64,000 bases of DNA from Carcharhinus longimanus (GCA_030264375.1 JASCQW010000081.1:56936784-57000783); one strand, 5' to 3'; positions 24,633 to 38,926 are shown, counted from the first letter of the stretch. Numbers and translations: made by a program. The notes: generated from the sequence alone by a model not told the origin.

Positions 24633-27132
24633 TAGAGATTCTGAAGCAGACAGCACTATTGTTCTTGGGGGAGTAGGGAGGCCAGGAGCTCAGGACTCAC
24701 TTGCTGACTTTGGATTGTTTTGCAATGATCCTAAAAAGGTAAGTTTACACATGCAGCCTTTCAGTTTTAACCTTCAGCATAGCTGAACAGTGCGCAGGTA
24801 TGCCATCTAGGATCCTGAATCCCACTTATTTGGGACTGACTCAACATGGAATTTGCATCATTAGGAAAGGAAACATATTTGACATTCAAAGTGAACTTTG
24901 AATATCAAAGTACGTAAAATGTTTAGTGCAGTTGATCCGAAATTAGTATGATAACCACATCAGCAGTTTTCCTGAAACAAGACTCAAAGGATTAACAAAA
25001 CCAATTGCAATTTTTCTAGGAGTAAACTTAACTGAAAATATTTTATTGCACTTCTTTATTTAAGCCCAATAATGAAACAGACTTTAGTTTAATAGCAGAT
25101 ACAATCAAGATCCTGCAATCATCATTACCGTTTTTCCCAAAGGAACTATTCAGTTTATTTTTGATGAATGTTTTGTGCTGAAAATGAATATTACTGTTGG
25201 AAAAAGAAGCACTAACAGTTGGTCAAATGCAGCATAGATTAGAAGGTAAAAATGCAGAAGGAAAATTATCTCCCAAACAGGAGTGCCAATCAAACAAAAC
25301 ATTGCTGTGAATTTCTCAGTTATTCTGAATGGTAAGCTCAGGGAGACTAGATTTCAGAGGACCCCGACAGGTAGACATTCTGCTAATCTAGACTGGATTT
25401 AGTTTCAGATTGCATTGATGATCTGGTGCCCCTCAAGTAATGTACTTAAAGACTTGCATTAAGATGTGCTTATACTAGCTTCATGAAATATATGGAACTA
25501 CACTGACAGCTGTCTGCAACAGTATCGAATAGGGTTAAATAGAAACGTATAGAACTGCTGACCATTTAAACCATTTGTTCTGTTCGCACTGGAACAGTAG
25601 TAGGCTCACAATCTATACTGCCATTTTATTAAATCAAGACATGTCTATCTCAACTCCATTCACCAACCCTAGTTGCATAATGCTCAATATCTTTGCCCAA
25701 CAAAAATCCATCAATCTCAATTTTGAAATTTTCTATTTACCTGGCTTTAACAGCTTTTGAGAGATTTTTCCAATCTCAAGCACCCTTTTTGTGAAGTGCT
25801 TTCTTTGCCCTTGTACAGGTTTTTTTTTTAGGTGGCTCACTATCAATTCTAAACTCTGATAAACAGGTCAAACCCAAAATGTTAACTGATCTCTCTCAAA
25901 TGTTGATTAGCCTGCCATAGTTACTTTTAATCTCCGATCTTAAATTATTTGTTCAAAAATACATATCTCCTTAAAATGTGACAATATACAATTTAATAGG
26001 TCTGTTGTGCTGAACATTAAGTCAATTATGCATTTCAAAATATGAATGAGTACAAAACAATTGGTTGAATTAAGTGGTTTAGAATTTGCAAATTCATTAC
26101 AGAAATGCATAAAAATCCAGAAAAATTCCTTGTTTAAATTGAAAAGGTCAATCAGCAAACCTTAAAACCCAGGATCTTGTGGCTTTCTTTACATCATCCG
26201 TAAGGTTCTTAGAAAACACAACTGACCGTAAACAATCAAACCACAACAGGAAGCCCACTAAAAGGAAACTGCTCAAATCAGAAGCCAGGAAATGTACTTT
26301 GAACTATTAACTAAGGAAAGACTAGTGTGATGTATTTACGGCAATATCTTCCAGTTTTGAAACACAAGAGTAAGCTTGAGTTGTGCACATCATTCTGCAG
26401 CCCCCTACACAACCTACCCATCCAGCAATAATTAGATATCAACATAATTTGGTATTTGTAAGTTCCTAAGAACATCAGAAATAAGTGCAGGAAAAGCCCA
26501 TTGGGCCTGGTCTGCCATTCAATATGATCATAGCTGATCATGGGCTTCAACTCCATGTTTCCACTCACTCTCCATATCCCTTATTTCCCCTAAGAGACCA
26601 AAACTCTATCTTTAGATATATTCAATGATGGAGCCACAAAGATTTACTCTGCATGAAAAGATTTCTCATCAGTCCCAAATATGTCCACAGTATGCTTGCA
26701 CTGCCAATGCACCAACAGCAAATCCAAGAACTAGCAGCTAACCAACAATGCTACCGTAGCAGCCCTCATGATTTGAGGCAGCCTTTTCCATGTTGTCAGG
26801 TGACCTACACAAAGTACTAATAATTGCCCAAAGGCTGAAGAAGCATTCTTGCTGTTCACACCATTTCCAGACACTAATTTGACTCAAAAACAATCTTTTT
26901 TTTTGAAAAAGGGTGTCTGAATTGCTGTGCATTAGAGCATTTCTGGTTTCGTACACATTTACATTAAACAAGGTTTTGTTAATACCAATAAAATGGTCAA
27001 TACCTATGATTTTAGAGTGGACACATATGCAATTGCAGAAATTGCTCTGCAGCAGGAATACTTCAGGAGCAGTTCTATAACTACATGTGACTAATAGGTT
27101 GTACTTATTGGACTTGGTATGTCTGAGAGCCA

Positions 27133-27947
27133 TGATGTGGAGATGCTGGCATTGGACTGGGGTAAACACTAAGTAGTTTCACAACGCCAGGTTGAAGTCC
27201 AACAGGTTTATTTGGTAGCAAATGCCACTAGCTTTCGGGGCTTTTCCCCTTCGTCAGGTGAATGGGAAGTTCTGATCACAAACAAGGCATATAAAGGCAC
27301 ACACTCAGTTTACAGAATACTGCTTAGAATGCGAGTCTTTACAGCTATTCAAGTCAGACAATGTGAGTGGAGATAGTATTAAGCATAGGTTAAAGAGATG
27401 TGTAACTGAACCACTATCAGATCAGCCATGATCTTATTGAATCAAGCCCTTAGCTCGAGGGGCTAGATGGCCTACTCCTGCTCTTATTTCTTATGTATTG
27501 TCTCCAGACAGGACAGTAAGAGATGTTGCAAGCCCAGGCAAGTCATGGCGATTCCAAATAATGTGACATGAACCCAAGATCCCAGTTGAGGTCGTCCTCA
27601 AGTGTGCGGAAGTTGGCTATCAGTTTCTGCTCAGCGACTCTGCGCTGTCGTATGTCATGAAGGCCACCTTGGAGAACATCACGACATCTCACTTGTTATC
27701 GTGTCTGAAGACAATAGCATCTCTTTAACTGATGCTTAATGCTATCTCCACTCACATTGTCTGCACCTAAGACTTGAATAGCTGTAAAGATTTGCATTCT
27801 AATCAGTATTCTGTAAATTGAGTCTATGCTCTGTTTGTGATCAGAACTCCCCACTCATCTGACGAAGGGCAAAAGCCCCAAAAGCTAGTGGCGTTTGCTA
27901 CCAAATAAACCTGCTGGACTTTAATCTAGTGTTATGAGACTTGTTAT
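27133..27947 (-). mobile_element. 5'-truncated Penelope-like retroelement with inverted pLTR, hammerhead motif and nested CR1 tail
   Basis: Minus strand ~27677-27552 encodes VLQGGLHDIRQRRVAEQKLIANFRTLEDDLNWDLGFMSHY (GIY-YIG C-terminus); ~230-bp inverted arms; 15-bp TSD TATGTCTGAGAGCCA (27118-27132 / 27948-27962); CR1 tail at ~27414-27494. Confidence 0.85.
27226..27260 (-). ncRNA. Minimal type I hammerhead ribozyme motif of the Penelope pLTR
   Basis: CAC CUGACGA A GGGG AAAAG CCCC GAAA GC UA GUG: intact CUGANGA and GAAA core, stem II GGGG/CCCC, stem I CAC/GUG, palindromic AGCU stem III. Confidence 0.65.
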
Positions 27948-28849
27948 TATGTCTGAGAGCCACAGGCAATGCCAGACACTGTTTGCATATATGCCTTGTT
28001 TACAGACGTTCTTAGTTGCTTAGTAAACTGACCATTGCTCTAGAATTTCAATAGGGCCAGTAACTAGTGCATGCAGTGAAACTAAAATTCAGCATAACTC
28101 TCTCAATATCTTAATTCCCCAAATACACCACTTGGTTTATGCCGAGCTAAACAGCTTGGGGATATTTCTGGTTCAATTCTTGATTGATGCAGAGTCAGAC
28201 AATCTCAGCTGACACACAGTTGGTGCTACAATTAGCACTCTTGGCTATGAATGAAAAGGTTTGCCAAGTTTCATTACTCCTTACTATCCTCAAGAAAGTA
28301 TCCATCTGGGGATTTAGACAAGAATAGGATTCAGTCACCACAGGCATAGAGTCAGCTGACATTAATTGCATAGATTTACACAGAGAAAAGACCATCTGCA
28401 TGGGATACAGGAACCATCACAGATTAGAGATGAGCAGAAACAACAAAATTATTGTTCTGCGAAATGTTAATTATTAACTTGATTGGTATAGAGACAGGAT
28501 CAATAAAGAGAAAATTGAATTCCAAGAATTCTGTAAATGACTCCTTCCTCAAGCAGAAGGTTGGCAGTTAATGTGAGAGACTTTACTGACAGATAAAATG
28601 AAAATTTTAAGTTAGGTTAAAGGATGATCATGTGTCATGGCCCAATGATGTGGAGAGGGGGAAGAAAGTTTGGGGCTCCACTGAATGTGGAAGACTGAAG
28701 AGTGGCCAAAGAAAAGGGAAATTGAGCCAAAATGGATAATTACAGGCCAATTAGTTTTATATCTATGATGGGGAAAATTTACAATCTTTACAAATCAACT
28801 TACTAAATGCCCTAATAAAGTAACACATGGATTTCAACAGGGGTATTGT

Positions 28850-30710
28850 GGGCTTTAGGAAAAGGTACAGCAATAATTATGGGTGATTCTAAATCTTCAT
28901 ACAGGTTGGACATATCAAATTGGTAAAATTATCCAGGAAGATGTTTCATAAGAGCGCATTTGGGACAGTTTTTTGGATCAAGATGTTCTGAAACCAGCCA
29001 AGGAACATGTTAATTTAGACCTGTTAATGTGTAATAAGAAAAGATTAATGACCACGTGCTAAGTGATACTCTTATCTAGAGTGATCATAACATGGTGAAT
29101 TTCAATTAGAGAGTGATGAATTTGGTCTGAAACTAGAGTCTTAAACTTAAATAACAACAAATACAATGGTGTAAAGGCAGAGTTGGCCAAAGTTGAAGGG
29201 GAAAACAGGTTAAAAGCTAAAATGATAGATTAGCACTGACAGACAGTTAAGCATATATTTACTAATGCTCAAATATATATTCCATTGAGAAATAAAGATG
29301 CCCAGGAGAAGGATCCACCACCTCTCGTTAACCAAAGTAGTTCAGGATGGTATCGAACTGAAAGATGCATAATGCTGCAAAAACTGGAGGTCAGAAGATT
29401 GAGAAAATGTTAAATGACAAAAGAGAGGGATAGGGTTTGACAAATCTATTAGTTGTTTGAGGCTGTAACAAGAGGGTGGATAAAGGGAAACCAGATGTAG
29501 TATATTTGTATTTTCAAAAGGCATTTAAGAAAATACCACTTAAAAAGGCACAAGATGAAAGCGCATAGAGGATTAACTAACAAACAGGAAACAGTTGGCA
29601 AACTAACGATTAGTACTGGAGCCTCAGCAAACACAATCTATATTGATAACTTGGGATAAAGAAACAGACTATATTGTAACCGTATTTGGAAAATAGCTAT
29701 GTGGAAAACAATTCTGTAAAGAGTGAGGGGACAAAGAAATTGGCATAAGTATAGTATAGGAAAACGTGAGGCAAGAAGAATATTATTAAATAGTGAGATA
29801 CTGCAGAATGCTACACTACAGGGAATCCAAATGTCCTGATACATGAATCACAAAAAAGTAGCATGGAGGTACAGCATGTAATTAGGAAGGTAAGTAGAAT
29901 ATTGGCCTTTATTGCAAGGGGTTTGGTGTATAAAAGTAGGGTTCGTTTAGAACATAAGAAATAGGAGCAGGAGTAGGCCATCTAGCCCTTCGAGCCTGCC
30001 CCGCCATTCAGTAAGATCATGGCNNNNNNNNNNNNNNNNNNNNNNNNNNNNNNNNNNNNNNNNNNNNNNNNNNNNNNNNNNNNNNNNNNNNNNNNNNNNN
30101 NNNNNNNNNNNNNNNNNNNNNNNCGGGCAGAGAATTCCAGAGATTCACCACCCTTTGAGTGAAGAAGTTCCTCCTCAACTCCGTTCTAAACCGCCCCCCT
30201 CTTTATCTTGAGGCTGTGCCCTCTAGTCCTACTCAAGGATGAATATACTTGCATTCAAAGCAGTTCAGAGAAGATTCACTGGCTGATTCCTGGGATGAAA
30301 GGATTGCCTTTTGAGGAAAGGTCAAGTAGGTTGGACCTATTCTCATTGGAGTTCAGAAGAATAAGAGATGATCTTATTGAAACAAAGATCTTAAGTGAAC
30401 TTGACTGGGTAGATGCTGGGAGAATCTTTCCTCTTGTGAGGATATCTAAAAATGAGAAGCAGAGTTAAAAATAAGGGGTTTCCCATTTAAGACAGGCGAG
30501 GAGAAATTTCTTCTCTCATGGGGTTGTCAGATTTTGGAATTCTGTTCTCTCGGCAGCAGCGGAGTTAGAGTTTTGATTGACAAGGAGTGATGGGATACGG
30601 AGGACAGCAGGAAAACAAAGTTAGGGCCATATGCCATGATCTAATCGAATGACTGAACAGGCTCAATGAGCCAAATGGCCTATACCCACTCATGTTTATG
30701 ATCTTATAAT
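28850..30710 (+). mobile_element. Degraded CR1 LINE with a younger antisense CR1 tail nested at ~29948-30230
   Basis: Endonuclease/RT remnants (GDFN-like and VYLDFQKAF-like segments; ORF 30208..30468 IPGMKGLPFEERSSRLDLFSLEFRRIRDDLIET) and CR1 tail. Confidence 0.75.
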
Positions 30711-31720
30711 AGATGCAACTAATTTTAGGACCAAAACAACCTGTAAATAGCAATTGAAAGGTTGGGGGAAATATGCTAAAACATAGTTGATGGAAATCAA
30801 CATCAAGTAGTGAGAGGCAAATTATTTGGGCTACTGCTAATTGATTTCATTATATTCTGAATAGATGTTGGCTTGCTGCTGTGGAAGAACAGAAGGATTG
30901 GGGGATAAAGGCTCAGAGGTCACTGAAAACGACATCCCATGCTGATGAAGTTAATAAAAAGATCAGAGGGATAGAGAAAGTCAGAGAATCAGAACTATAA
31001 CATAAAAGCTTCCTTAAAATAAGCAATAAGCCTATGTAGACCCTTTATAAAGGCCCAAGTACAATGTGCTGCATGGGCTAGATAATGTACAAAAAAGAGA
31101 GGGTTTAAAGGGAGTACAATGCAGATTCATTAAGATGTTGACTGCCATAAATGAAGCAAATACAAAAGGCAGACTTGAAAAATAGGATCTTTTGGAATGA
31201 TGCAATAATAGAAATGTTTAAAATTATTAAAAGGATAAAACAGGGTTGATAAAAGCAACTTGTTCCCAGCAATGGAAAGATCATGAACAAGCGGCTGTAG
31301 ATACAAGAAATATGAAAGAGGCTGCAGAATTCATGGTTTAATGGCCGAGGAAGAAACCATGCTTTCAAGATTAGATTGTTGGTGAAGGGCTATGAGAACC
31401 AAGAGTGATTAGGACAATATGTTCACTTGGAGAGTAATTGCCAATGAGGAGTGGTTAAGCAGAGTGGCATTCTGTGGTTTATGTAGTCACAAAAACCATA
31501 TACCCGAAGAGGTCAAAAATAGAAATAAAAGTTCAGATTTAGGGAGGTGACATTTCTGCCTTAACCTCCTCAAAGCAGTTCTGGGATTTAGACAATGGTA
31601 TTTAAAATGTTTAAACAAACTCAAAATAGGCATAGGTCTCAGTGTTAGGGAGCTTGGTTCAGCTTGCCTGGAGAAGCTGGAACAGGACTGTCAAGGATGA
31701 GGAAATAAAAGTAAACTTAC

Positions 31721-31897
31721 CAAGCACATAGATTTTTCCCTGATAGACAGTTACTCCAAGAGCACTGCGCTTGTGTTTCATTGGCACTATACATGTCCAT
31801 TTATCCGTTTCGATGTCATATCGTTCTACACTGTTAAGTTGATTTACACCATCATATCCTCCAATTGCATAAACATAGTTTTTTAGCGCACAGATAC
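31721..31897 (-). CDS. KEAP1: KEAP1 coding exon (Kelch 5): [59 protein letters not shown]
   Basis: Not in the ORF track; acceptor ttcctgtttag|GT, donor TTG|gtaagt; 177 nt as in human exon 5. Confidence 0.96.
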
Positions 31898-32843
31898 CTA
31901 AACAGGAAAAACAAAAAGTCCTTTAAGCATAACCCAATTTCATAATTATACACCCTCCATTATTACTTACTTTCTTTTTTGAAGGCACTGATTCATATAT
32001 GGCTGTGATTCCACGACACTGTATCCTGTTCTTCACTCATGTGATTTAGCTGCAGCAATAAGTGTTGGACAGGCAGTTCAACATTAGTGAAGATTCGTAG
32101 CTGAGCCAGATTCCTTCATCAACAGATATTCACACATGCATTTAACTGTGCTTTTCAATAATATGAAACATGGCTGCCATTTCTCGTAGGCCTGAGTCAC
32201 CAATTCCAATGACATGACTAAGATCAGGTAAGGCAACATAAAATCAGGAAGAGAAACAAGGATTTTTTTTAAAGTTAATTTTTCAACCATGTTTTTACAT
32301 TTTATATTTTCTTGGAAGTATTGTGTAACATTTTGTGTTTTTTCAGAAGAGCCATATAGTACATTTAAGCACATACTGGCATCATGCTTTGTGTTCAGAG
32401 AATTTGGTGGTACCCTTCTTGTTCTGTTGAGTCAGGAAGAGACTCCTTCGTGGCTTACCACTGAATGTGCATTTAATCTATTCTCCCTATTGTCTGGCTG
32501 TGTGATCGGGGTATCTGGATTGTGAAGATTTCCAGAAAAGATTTATAAGAGTGCCTAATGCTTCAGAGCTCCAGATGAAATCAGTGTATTCCATTCCATC
32601 TAGCACACTACTCATGTATTTTACCTACTTTTGTTGCAACAAATGGTAGATTTAGGAGGTAGGGAGTGAGATCTTAGGAAAGAAGAGAAAGTAAAATAAA
32701 GTGGGGGAAATGCATCTCCTTTCTGCCAGTGACAGCTGCAGTGGCCTACCGTAGAATGGATAACTGTGCGATGAGCTTTCTCCTTGGCTTGTTTCAATTC
32801 TAAAATTGCTGACCTGCATGGGATTTTGCGCCAATTCACTAAC

Positions 32844-33049
32844 CTGCTCCACTCCTGACAGTGTTCATTGGTGCAATGGTGTTCCACATGTTGTCTTCAG
32901 GATGATAGCACTCTGCTGAATTGAGGCGATTCGTTCCATCAAAACCACCGACTGCATACAGGAGGCGATTTACAATTGCAACACCAACACCAATTCTGCT
33001 GGTTGACATCGAAGCCACAAACTCCCACTGGTCCTTCTCTGGATCATAT
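32844..33049 (-). CDS. KEAP1: KEAP1 coding exon (Kelch 3-4): [14 protein letters not shown]...TVRSGA
   Basis: Acceptor tgtttacag|AT, donor CAG|gttagt; 206 nt as in human exon 4. Confidence 0.96.
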
Positions 33050-33762
33050 CTGTAAACACAGATGCACTGTTCTAAATATGCCATAAAAATTGATACATAG
33101 CTCACAGGGAACAAAGGGCAATGTGCTGTTTTACAGTAACACGTGGCACTGGAGGACAGAAGTAATAACGAATAATGTCTGAACGTAGAAGGACAGGTTG
33201 CAATTCTTGGTGCCAGAAAGCAGTTTGGGAGAAAGTTTGTTAGCCATAGTTATCGAGCAGGGTCAGAAGGAGGATGATAACTTCTCTATCATGACAGGAC
33301 CTTGTGGAATTTATGATCCAGCACAACAACTTTTCATCTGCAGGAATGAATCAGATAACACAGGAAGAATGGATAGTATATAAACTTTGTACATCCAAAA
33401 ACAAAATTTCTGAACATTGGGGTACATTGTTCATTCAGCAGAACCGAATGACGGTTAGCGATTGTATTGGAAATTCTGCACGTGATACAGGTCCGTTTAC
33501 AGAACTTAGCCCACGAACTTTTAGAACTGAATCTGCATTAGCATTTTGCTGTTAAAGATCAGCAAAGTAAATGCAAGCAAATTCATGCCTTTTTGAAGGA
33601 TGTATTACACCATGTGATGACATATAGGGGTAAAGAAGTTTCCACTTGGATGTAAGGTGAGCAGGGATGGGAGACACTGTAATTAAAGTCAGGATCTTAA
33701 TTGGGGAGAAAAAGCAGAATAGCGGCATGTTTATTTTGAAATGTTGAAACATTTCTACAAAC

Positions 33763-34448
33763 CTTTCTACAGAATTGTGATGGATACAGCCTTCGGATCC
33801 ACCGACAGCATAGATCATTCCGTCTATCACTCCTCCTCCAACTCTGTTCCTGGGAACGTTCATTGGTGTGCAGGGGGACCACTGATTGTTCATAGGATTG
33901 TAACAGTCCAATGCATTTGAATCAGTGTTGCCATCTGGCGAATTGTTTCTTCCTCCTACTGCATACAGAAGCCCGTGGACGGTGCATGCAGCTAAGCCGC
34001 TCCTTGGCATTGGCATATCTGTCAAACGGATCCAACAGTTCTCCAAAGGATTATAGGCTTCTAGAAAATTCAGCGACTGACGGTAATAGCCCCCTGCTGT
34101 GTACATTAACTGAGGAACGTTTGGTGACCTGCAGGGACAGGCCTTGGTTGGTTTGTGCAGTGTCAGTTCCTTAAAGACTTCCACGAGATAATCTTTACAT
34201 TTAGAGTCCATTCGGAGTATTTCGCACTTCTGCAGTTGCGTTTTCAGGAAATTTGGAGTCAGAGAATGGCACCTAACAGCATTCAATAATGCATGGATAT
34301 ATGGATGTCTGTTCTCACAGTCATATTTCACCCACTCTATACAAGCATGGTAAACTTCAGATTCAGAGCGCACGTTCAACTCATCTCGACTGATCAGGCT
34401 GACCAGCTGACACTGCGTGAGGTTGAAGAATTCCTCTTGCTTTGCTAC
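33763..34448 (-). CDS. KEAP1: KEAP1 coding exon (IVR/BACK + Kelch 1-3): [13 protein letters not shown]...CIHHNSVER
   Basis: Acceptor ccttctggtag|GTA, donor AAG|gtttgt; 686 nt as in human exon 3; C273, C288, R380 and R415 equivalents present. Confidence 0.97.
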
Positions 34449-34609
34449 CTACCAGAAGGATACAATAGAATGTTGCTTTTTTTCCTTGAAAACATGTTAC
34501 TACTTAATGTAATCAACACTTTTTTCTAATACCTACAATGTAAAGTTTGTGAACATTAAAATTCCAGTTACAGCAAAAATATTCAGGTCATATTTTAATA
34601 AAATAGTTT

Positions 34610-34920
34610 AGAATAGAAGGTTAGAATTCCTATATTGTAGATGGTGGCCATTTCGCCCATTGAGTCTACACAGACCACAATCCCACCTAGGCCCTATCCA
34701 CATAACCTTGCATGTTTACCCTGAAATTGCCCCTTAATGTTGGATTATAACACGGCCAATCAACCTAACCTGCACATCTTTGGACTACGGGATGAAACCG
34801 GAGAAAACCCATGCAGACACAGGGAGAATGTGCAAACTCCACACAGACACTGACCCGAGGCCAGAATTGAACCCAGATCCCTGGTGCTGTGAGGCAGCAG
34901 TGCAAACTACTGTGCCACCC
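34610..34920 (-). mobile_element. HE1-type V-SINE
   Basis: tRNA-like head ggtggcacagtagtttgcactgctgcctcacagc, V-domain core, CR1-like tail. Confidence 0.8.
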
Positions 34921-35635
34921 TAGTCCCAACTTTAACACAAAACACACCCCTACCAACCACCCAGTCTTGTTGGCATAGCTTAACAAAAATCTCTAAGCGA
35001 TTCTATGTAATTTAATTGAAAAAGGGCTTGACAGGGCAGATGCTGAGAAAATGTGCTAGATTATCCAGCCAGGGGGATAACATGGAGTCAGAGTTTTATA
35101 ATAAGGGTCAATCATTTAGAATTGTGATGAGAAGAAATCTTTTCATTCAAAGGCTTACAAATTTTTGTATTTCTGTACCCTTGAGAGCTGTGGATGCTGA
35201 GTTGTTCAGCACATTTAAGACAGGTCGATAAATTGTTAGATATGGGGTTTAGGTAGAAGATCAGCCATGATCTTGTGAAATGAGCCTACCAAAGCTATTT
35301 TTTACGTTAGTGCATTTCAAATATTACTAGATTCTAGCCAAATCTTTCCCCTTTCGCAGAAAGTACAAGATGTGCCACCTAATGGGGAGAAGCAAATCTT
35401 TGCCAGAGAGATTACTTTCTGTTCACTCACACCCTCCCAAACTCAAACTTTCTAACCACTCTCAATGAAGAGGGCAGTGACTGATTTGGCTACTTCCATG
35501 GCTCTGTGATACTGCTTTGAAACCAGTTATCAAGCAGTGCATAGTTACGTCCTTTGGAGAAATTACTTGCCCACTAGAACTTTGCACAATAGCACATCTC
35601 TAAGAACTCAGCTTTTACAGATCACTGGTTGAAGG

Positions 35636-35955
35636 GGCAGCAGAGTGATGCAGTGGTTAGCACTGCTGCCTCAGTGCCAGGGACCTGGGTTTGATTCCCG
35701 GCTTGGGTCACTGTCTGTGTAGAGTTTGCACATTCTCCCCAAGTCTGCGTGGGTTTCCTCCGGGTGCCCTGGTTTCTTCTCAGAATCCAAAGTTGTGCAG
35801 GTTAGGTGGATTGGCCAAGCTAAATTGCCCTGTGGTGTCAGGGGGACTAGCTAGGGTAAATGCATGGGGGTATGGGGATAGGGCCTGGGTGGGATTGTGG
35901 TCGGTGCAGACTCAATGGGCCGAATGGCCTCCTTTTGCACTGTATGGATTCTATG
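35636..35955 (+). mobile_element. HE1-type V-SINE
   Basis: cagtggttagcactgctgcctca...ggtttgattcccggcttgggtcactgtctgtgt...tgcactgtatggattctatg. Confidence 0.85.
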
Positions 35956-36482
35956 AGTTTGTTCGACCGGCTCATTCTGGAGATCATGGGTCTGCACAAA
36001 TTGTAAAACAATAATAAATCTTATTGTTTGGAGAGTAACGAATCCACATAATCCAGAGCTGCGAATGATCCTCATTAGCCAGTGAATGTAATATTAGGAC
36101 TGTGTATATAATCGTTGCATTGTTCCAGCTATCTTTACTCAGAGGAGAACTGAACAACCCCACCCTTCCAGGAAAAGGTGGATTTACCATGAGAAAGAAA
36201 CAAAACTGTTCTTCTTTCTTTTCATTGCAATGTCCAAATCATCTACTTTCATCAGCATCACTCCTGCAAATGCTAGCCACCCTATCGCACTCATGGAAAA
36301 TACTCACGGAAAAATAGGCTGAAGGAGATAAAGTGCGCCGACCTCATGTTGCAGGAATAGTGTCCTCAGATCTTATGCAATCTTAGTTTGTTTTTTACAG
36401 TAAACTTTGAACCATCTGTGGAAATGTCACGTGAAGCTGTTGTACAGTAGTTAAACAGTAATGAAGTCAAGTGCTAGGTAAT

Positions 36483-36712
36483 AAAGACAGAAAATCTTTG
36501 GACATACTCAGGCAGCGCTCGCAGAGAGGGATATAGAATTAATGTTTCAAGTCTGTGACCTTTCACCAACCTGATGAGTGGTTCTGATGAATGGACATTG
36601 ACTTGAAACGTTTTCTCTGTTTCTCTCTCTCCCCACAGATGCTGCCAGATCTGCTGAGTTTTTCCAACACTTTGTGTTCTTATTTCTGATATCCAGCATT
36701 TGCAGTATTTTG
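36483..36712. mobile_element. Non-autonomous foldback element with a degenerate hammerhead (CTGATGA...GAAACGTT)
   Basis: Imperfect terminal inverted arms; related to 9890-10100. Confidence 0.5.
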
Positions 36713-36805
36713 CTATCTTATATTGCTTCGTAACACATTCTCCAATTTTTCCTCTTTCCTCTTTCAGGCATAAAGATCTCAATTGATACTGAAATATAGT
36801 TCCTC

Positions 36806-37122
36806 AGGGTGACACAGTGGTTAGCACTGCTGCCTCACGGTGCCAGGGGCCTGGGTTTGATTCCTAGCTTGGGTCACTTTGTGTGTGGAGTCTGCAAGTT
36901 CTCCCTGTGTCTGTGTGGGTTTCCTCCAGGTGCTCCGGTTTCCTTCCTCATTCCAAGGGTGTGCAGGTTAGGTGGATAGGTTCTACTAAATGGCCCCTTA
37001 GTGTCGGGGGGGATCAGCTCGGGTAAACGTAGTTGTGGGAATGGGGCCTGGGTGGGATTGTGGTCAGTGTGGACTTGTTGGGCTGAATGGCCTCCTTCTG
37101 CACTGTAGGATTCTATGATTCT
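36806..37122 (+). mobile_element. HE1-type V-SINE
   Basis: Same head, core and tail as the 35636 copy. Confidence 0.85.
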
Positions 37123-37399
37123 GTGAGGTACAGGCAGCCATCTTGTATTGAACTCAGCTGGCTATGATTTGATATCGCTTGTGCTAATCAAGGTGGTAGA
37201 TGCTGGGGTTGCTATTGTGATTTGAATCTGGCAATGGGGGATAATGAAATATTTATCCAGTATCCCCCATTAGCAACAACAAGCTGCGGATGGCTGGGCA
37301 AACATATAGTTCCCTCAACTCTCATCAATTTTAAAAGTTCACTTTTTGCTGCACCAATATAACATTATTCTATTTTTTGTCACCCTGTTGGACTGGTCC

Positions 37400-37775
37400 T
37401 GTATTCACTAGAGCTTAGAAGAATGAAGCATAAAGTTCTGACAGGGCTGGACAATCCGGATGTAGGGATATTGTTTCCTCTGGCTGGGGTGTTTAGAACA
37501 AGCCCCAGGATACTGGGTGGGCCATTTAGGGCTGAGGTGAAAAGAAATGTCTTCACTCAGAGGGTGGTGACCCTGTAGAATTCTCTACTGCAGAATGCTA
37601 TGGAGGCCATGCCAGTGAACAGATTTTAAAAGGAAATAGATTTCTGGATACACAAAGCAACAAGGGGTATGAGGAGAGAGTGGGAGCATGGCATTGAGAT
37701 AGAGGATCAGCCATGATTGAACGGTGGAGCAGGCTCAAAGGCCTGAATGTCCTAATCCTGCTCCTATTTTCTGTA
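37400..37775 (+). mobile_element. CR1/HER1 LINE 3' fragment
   Basis: cttcactcagagggtggtg...gatcagccatgattgaacggtggagcaggctc..cctgctcctatttt. Confidence 0.7.
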
Positions 37776-38926
37776 TTTCGCTGAGTGAGACTTCTAATTT
37801 ATTAACCAGATAATCTTGTGCTGAGGCTTTTTGCATTTACTCATTTTACACAGCATCCTTACAGCTAACAGACAAACAAGACTGGTACCCTTCAGTCTAT
37901 GTTAGATTCAAAACCATAGTCTGAATTTTTAGAGTTGGAGAGATCTTTGGAATGTTTGAAATGGCAGGTGAAACCTGGATCCAAAAGTCCCGTTCCCATC
38001 CTACGCACTCCCGATATCAGCAGAAATGTGAAAGGGGGTGATGGGCGCACCAAGGGAATTTTCCTGCCTCCTACCTGCCTTGAAGATGAAACTTCAGGCC
38101 CACATTTCAGAGATGAAAGAGCAGTCCCATGAAGGCTGCTTCTCAGGCATGACTCCAGACAATGATTGCAAGCTATTCAGTTCTGGGGTCATAATACTAA
38201 AGCTGATCCTGTTCTCACACAAAATCACTCAGATGTATTTTCAGCGATGATTACTGGATACTAAATGGTAATCACTTACTGACCCAGGAAATTGCAATCC
38301 TACATTACACTGCACTGCATTTCCAAGATCTTTAATGTGGGCAATGAATGCTGGCCTTGCCAGTGATTCTGAGGCATATACAAGTGAAGCATACACTTAT
38401 TGATACACTCTATGTGATTCCTCCTATAAGTAGTAGCTGGTTTAATTGTCTTTCACACTTTCTCCGTCACCATGAATAGGGCTGCAGTCTTTGACAATTT
38501 CACTGCAGTTTCCTTGCTGTTTAACCTCCATCAATCTTCTTTACTGCAGTCACCAGCTTACTCCAGTGAACAATTGGTAATGGCATTTAGTAGGGCATCC
38601 AGAAATTGAACATGATGTTATGCATGTTAAAATGATGTGCTATGACTTACCTCTAACAATATTAGTTGATGAGCTTGCTATAATTATCTTCACACACTGA
38701 CTGGATGTTTTCAATGATTGGCCAATGATTAGACCACAACCCATTTTCCATGTTTGTTAACCCATCATTGATAATATTTAATGTGTCAAGTCTGCTGTTC
38801 CAACATTCAACACACTCCAATTAAGTATATTAAAATCCATTTGCCATTCCTTAACCCATCCATTTAGTTTGAGCAGATACCTTTGAATCTTCTTTTCACT
38901 AGGTACCTGAACCCAAACTTGATAAA

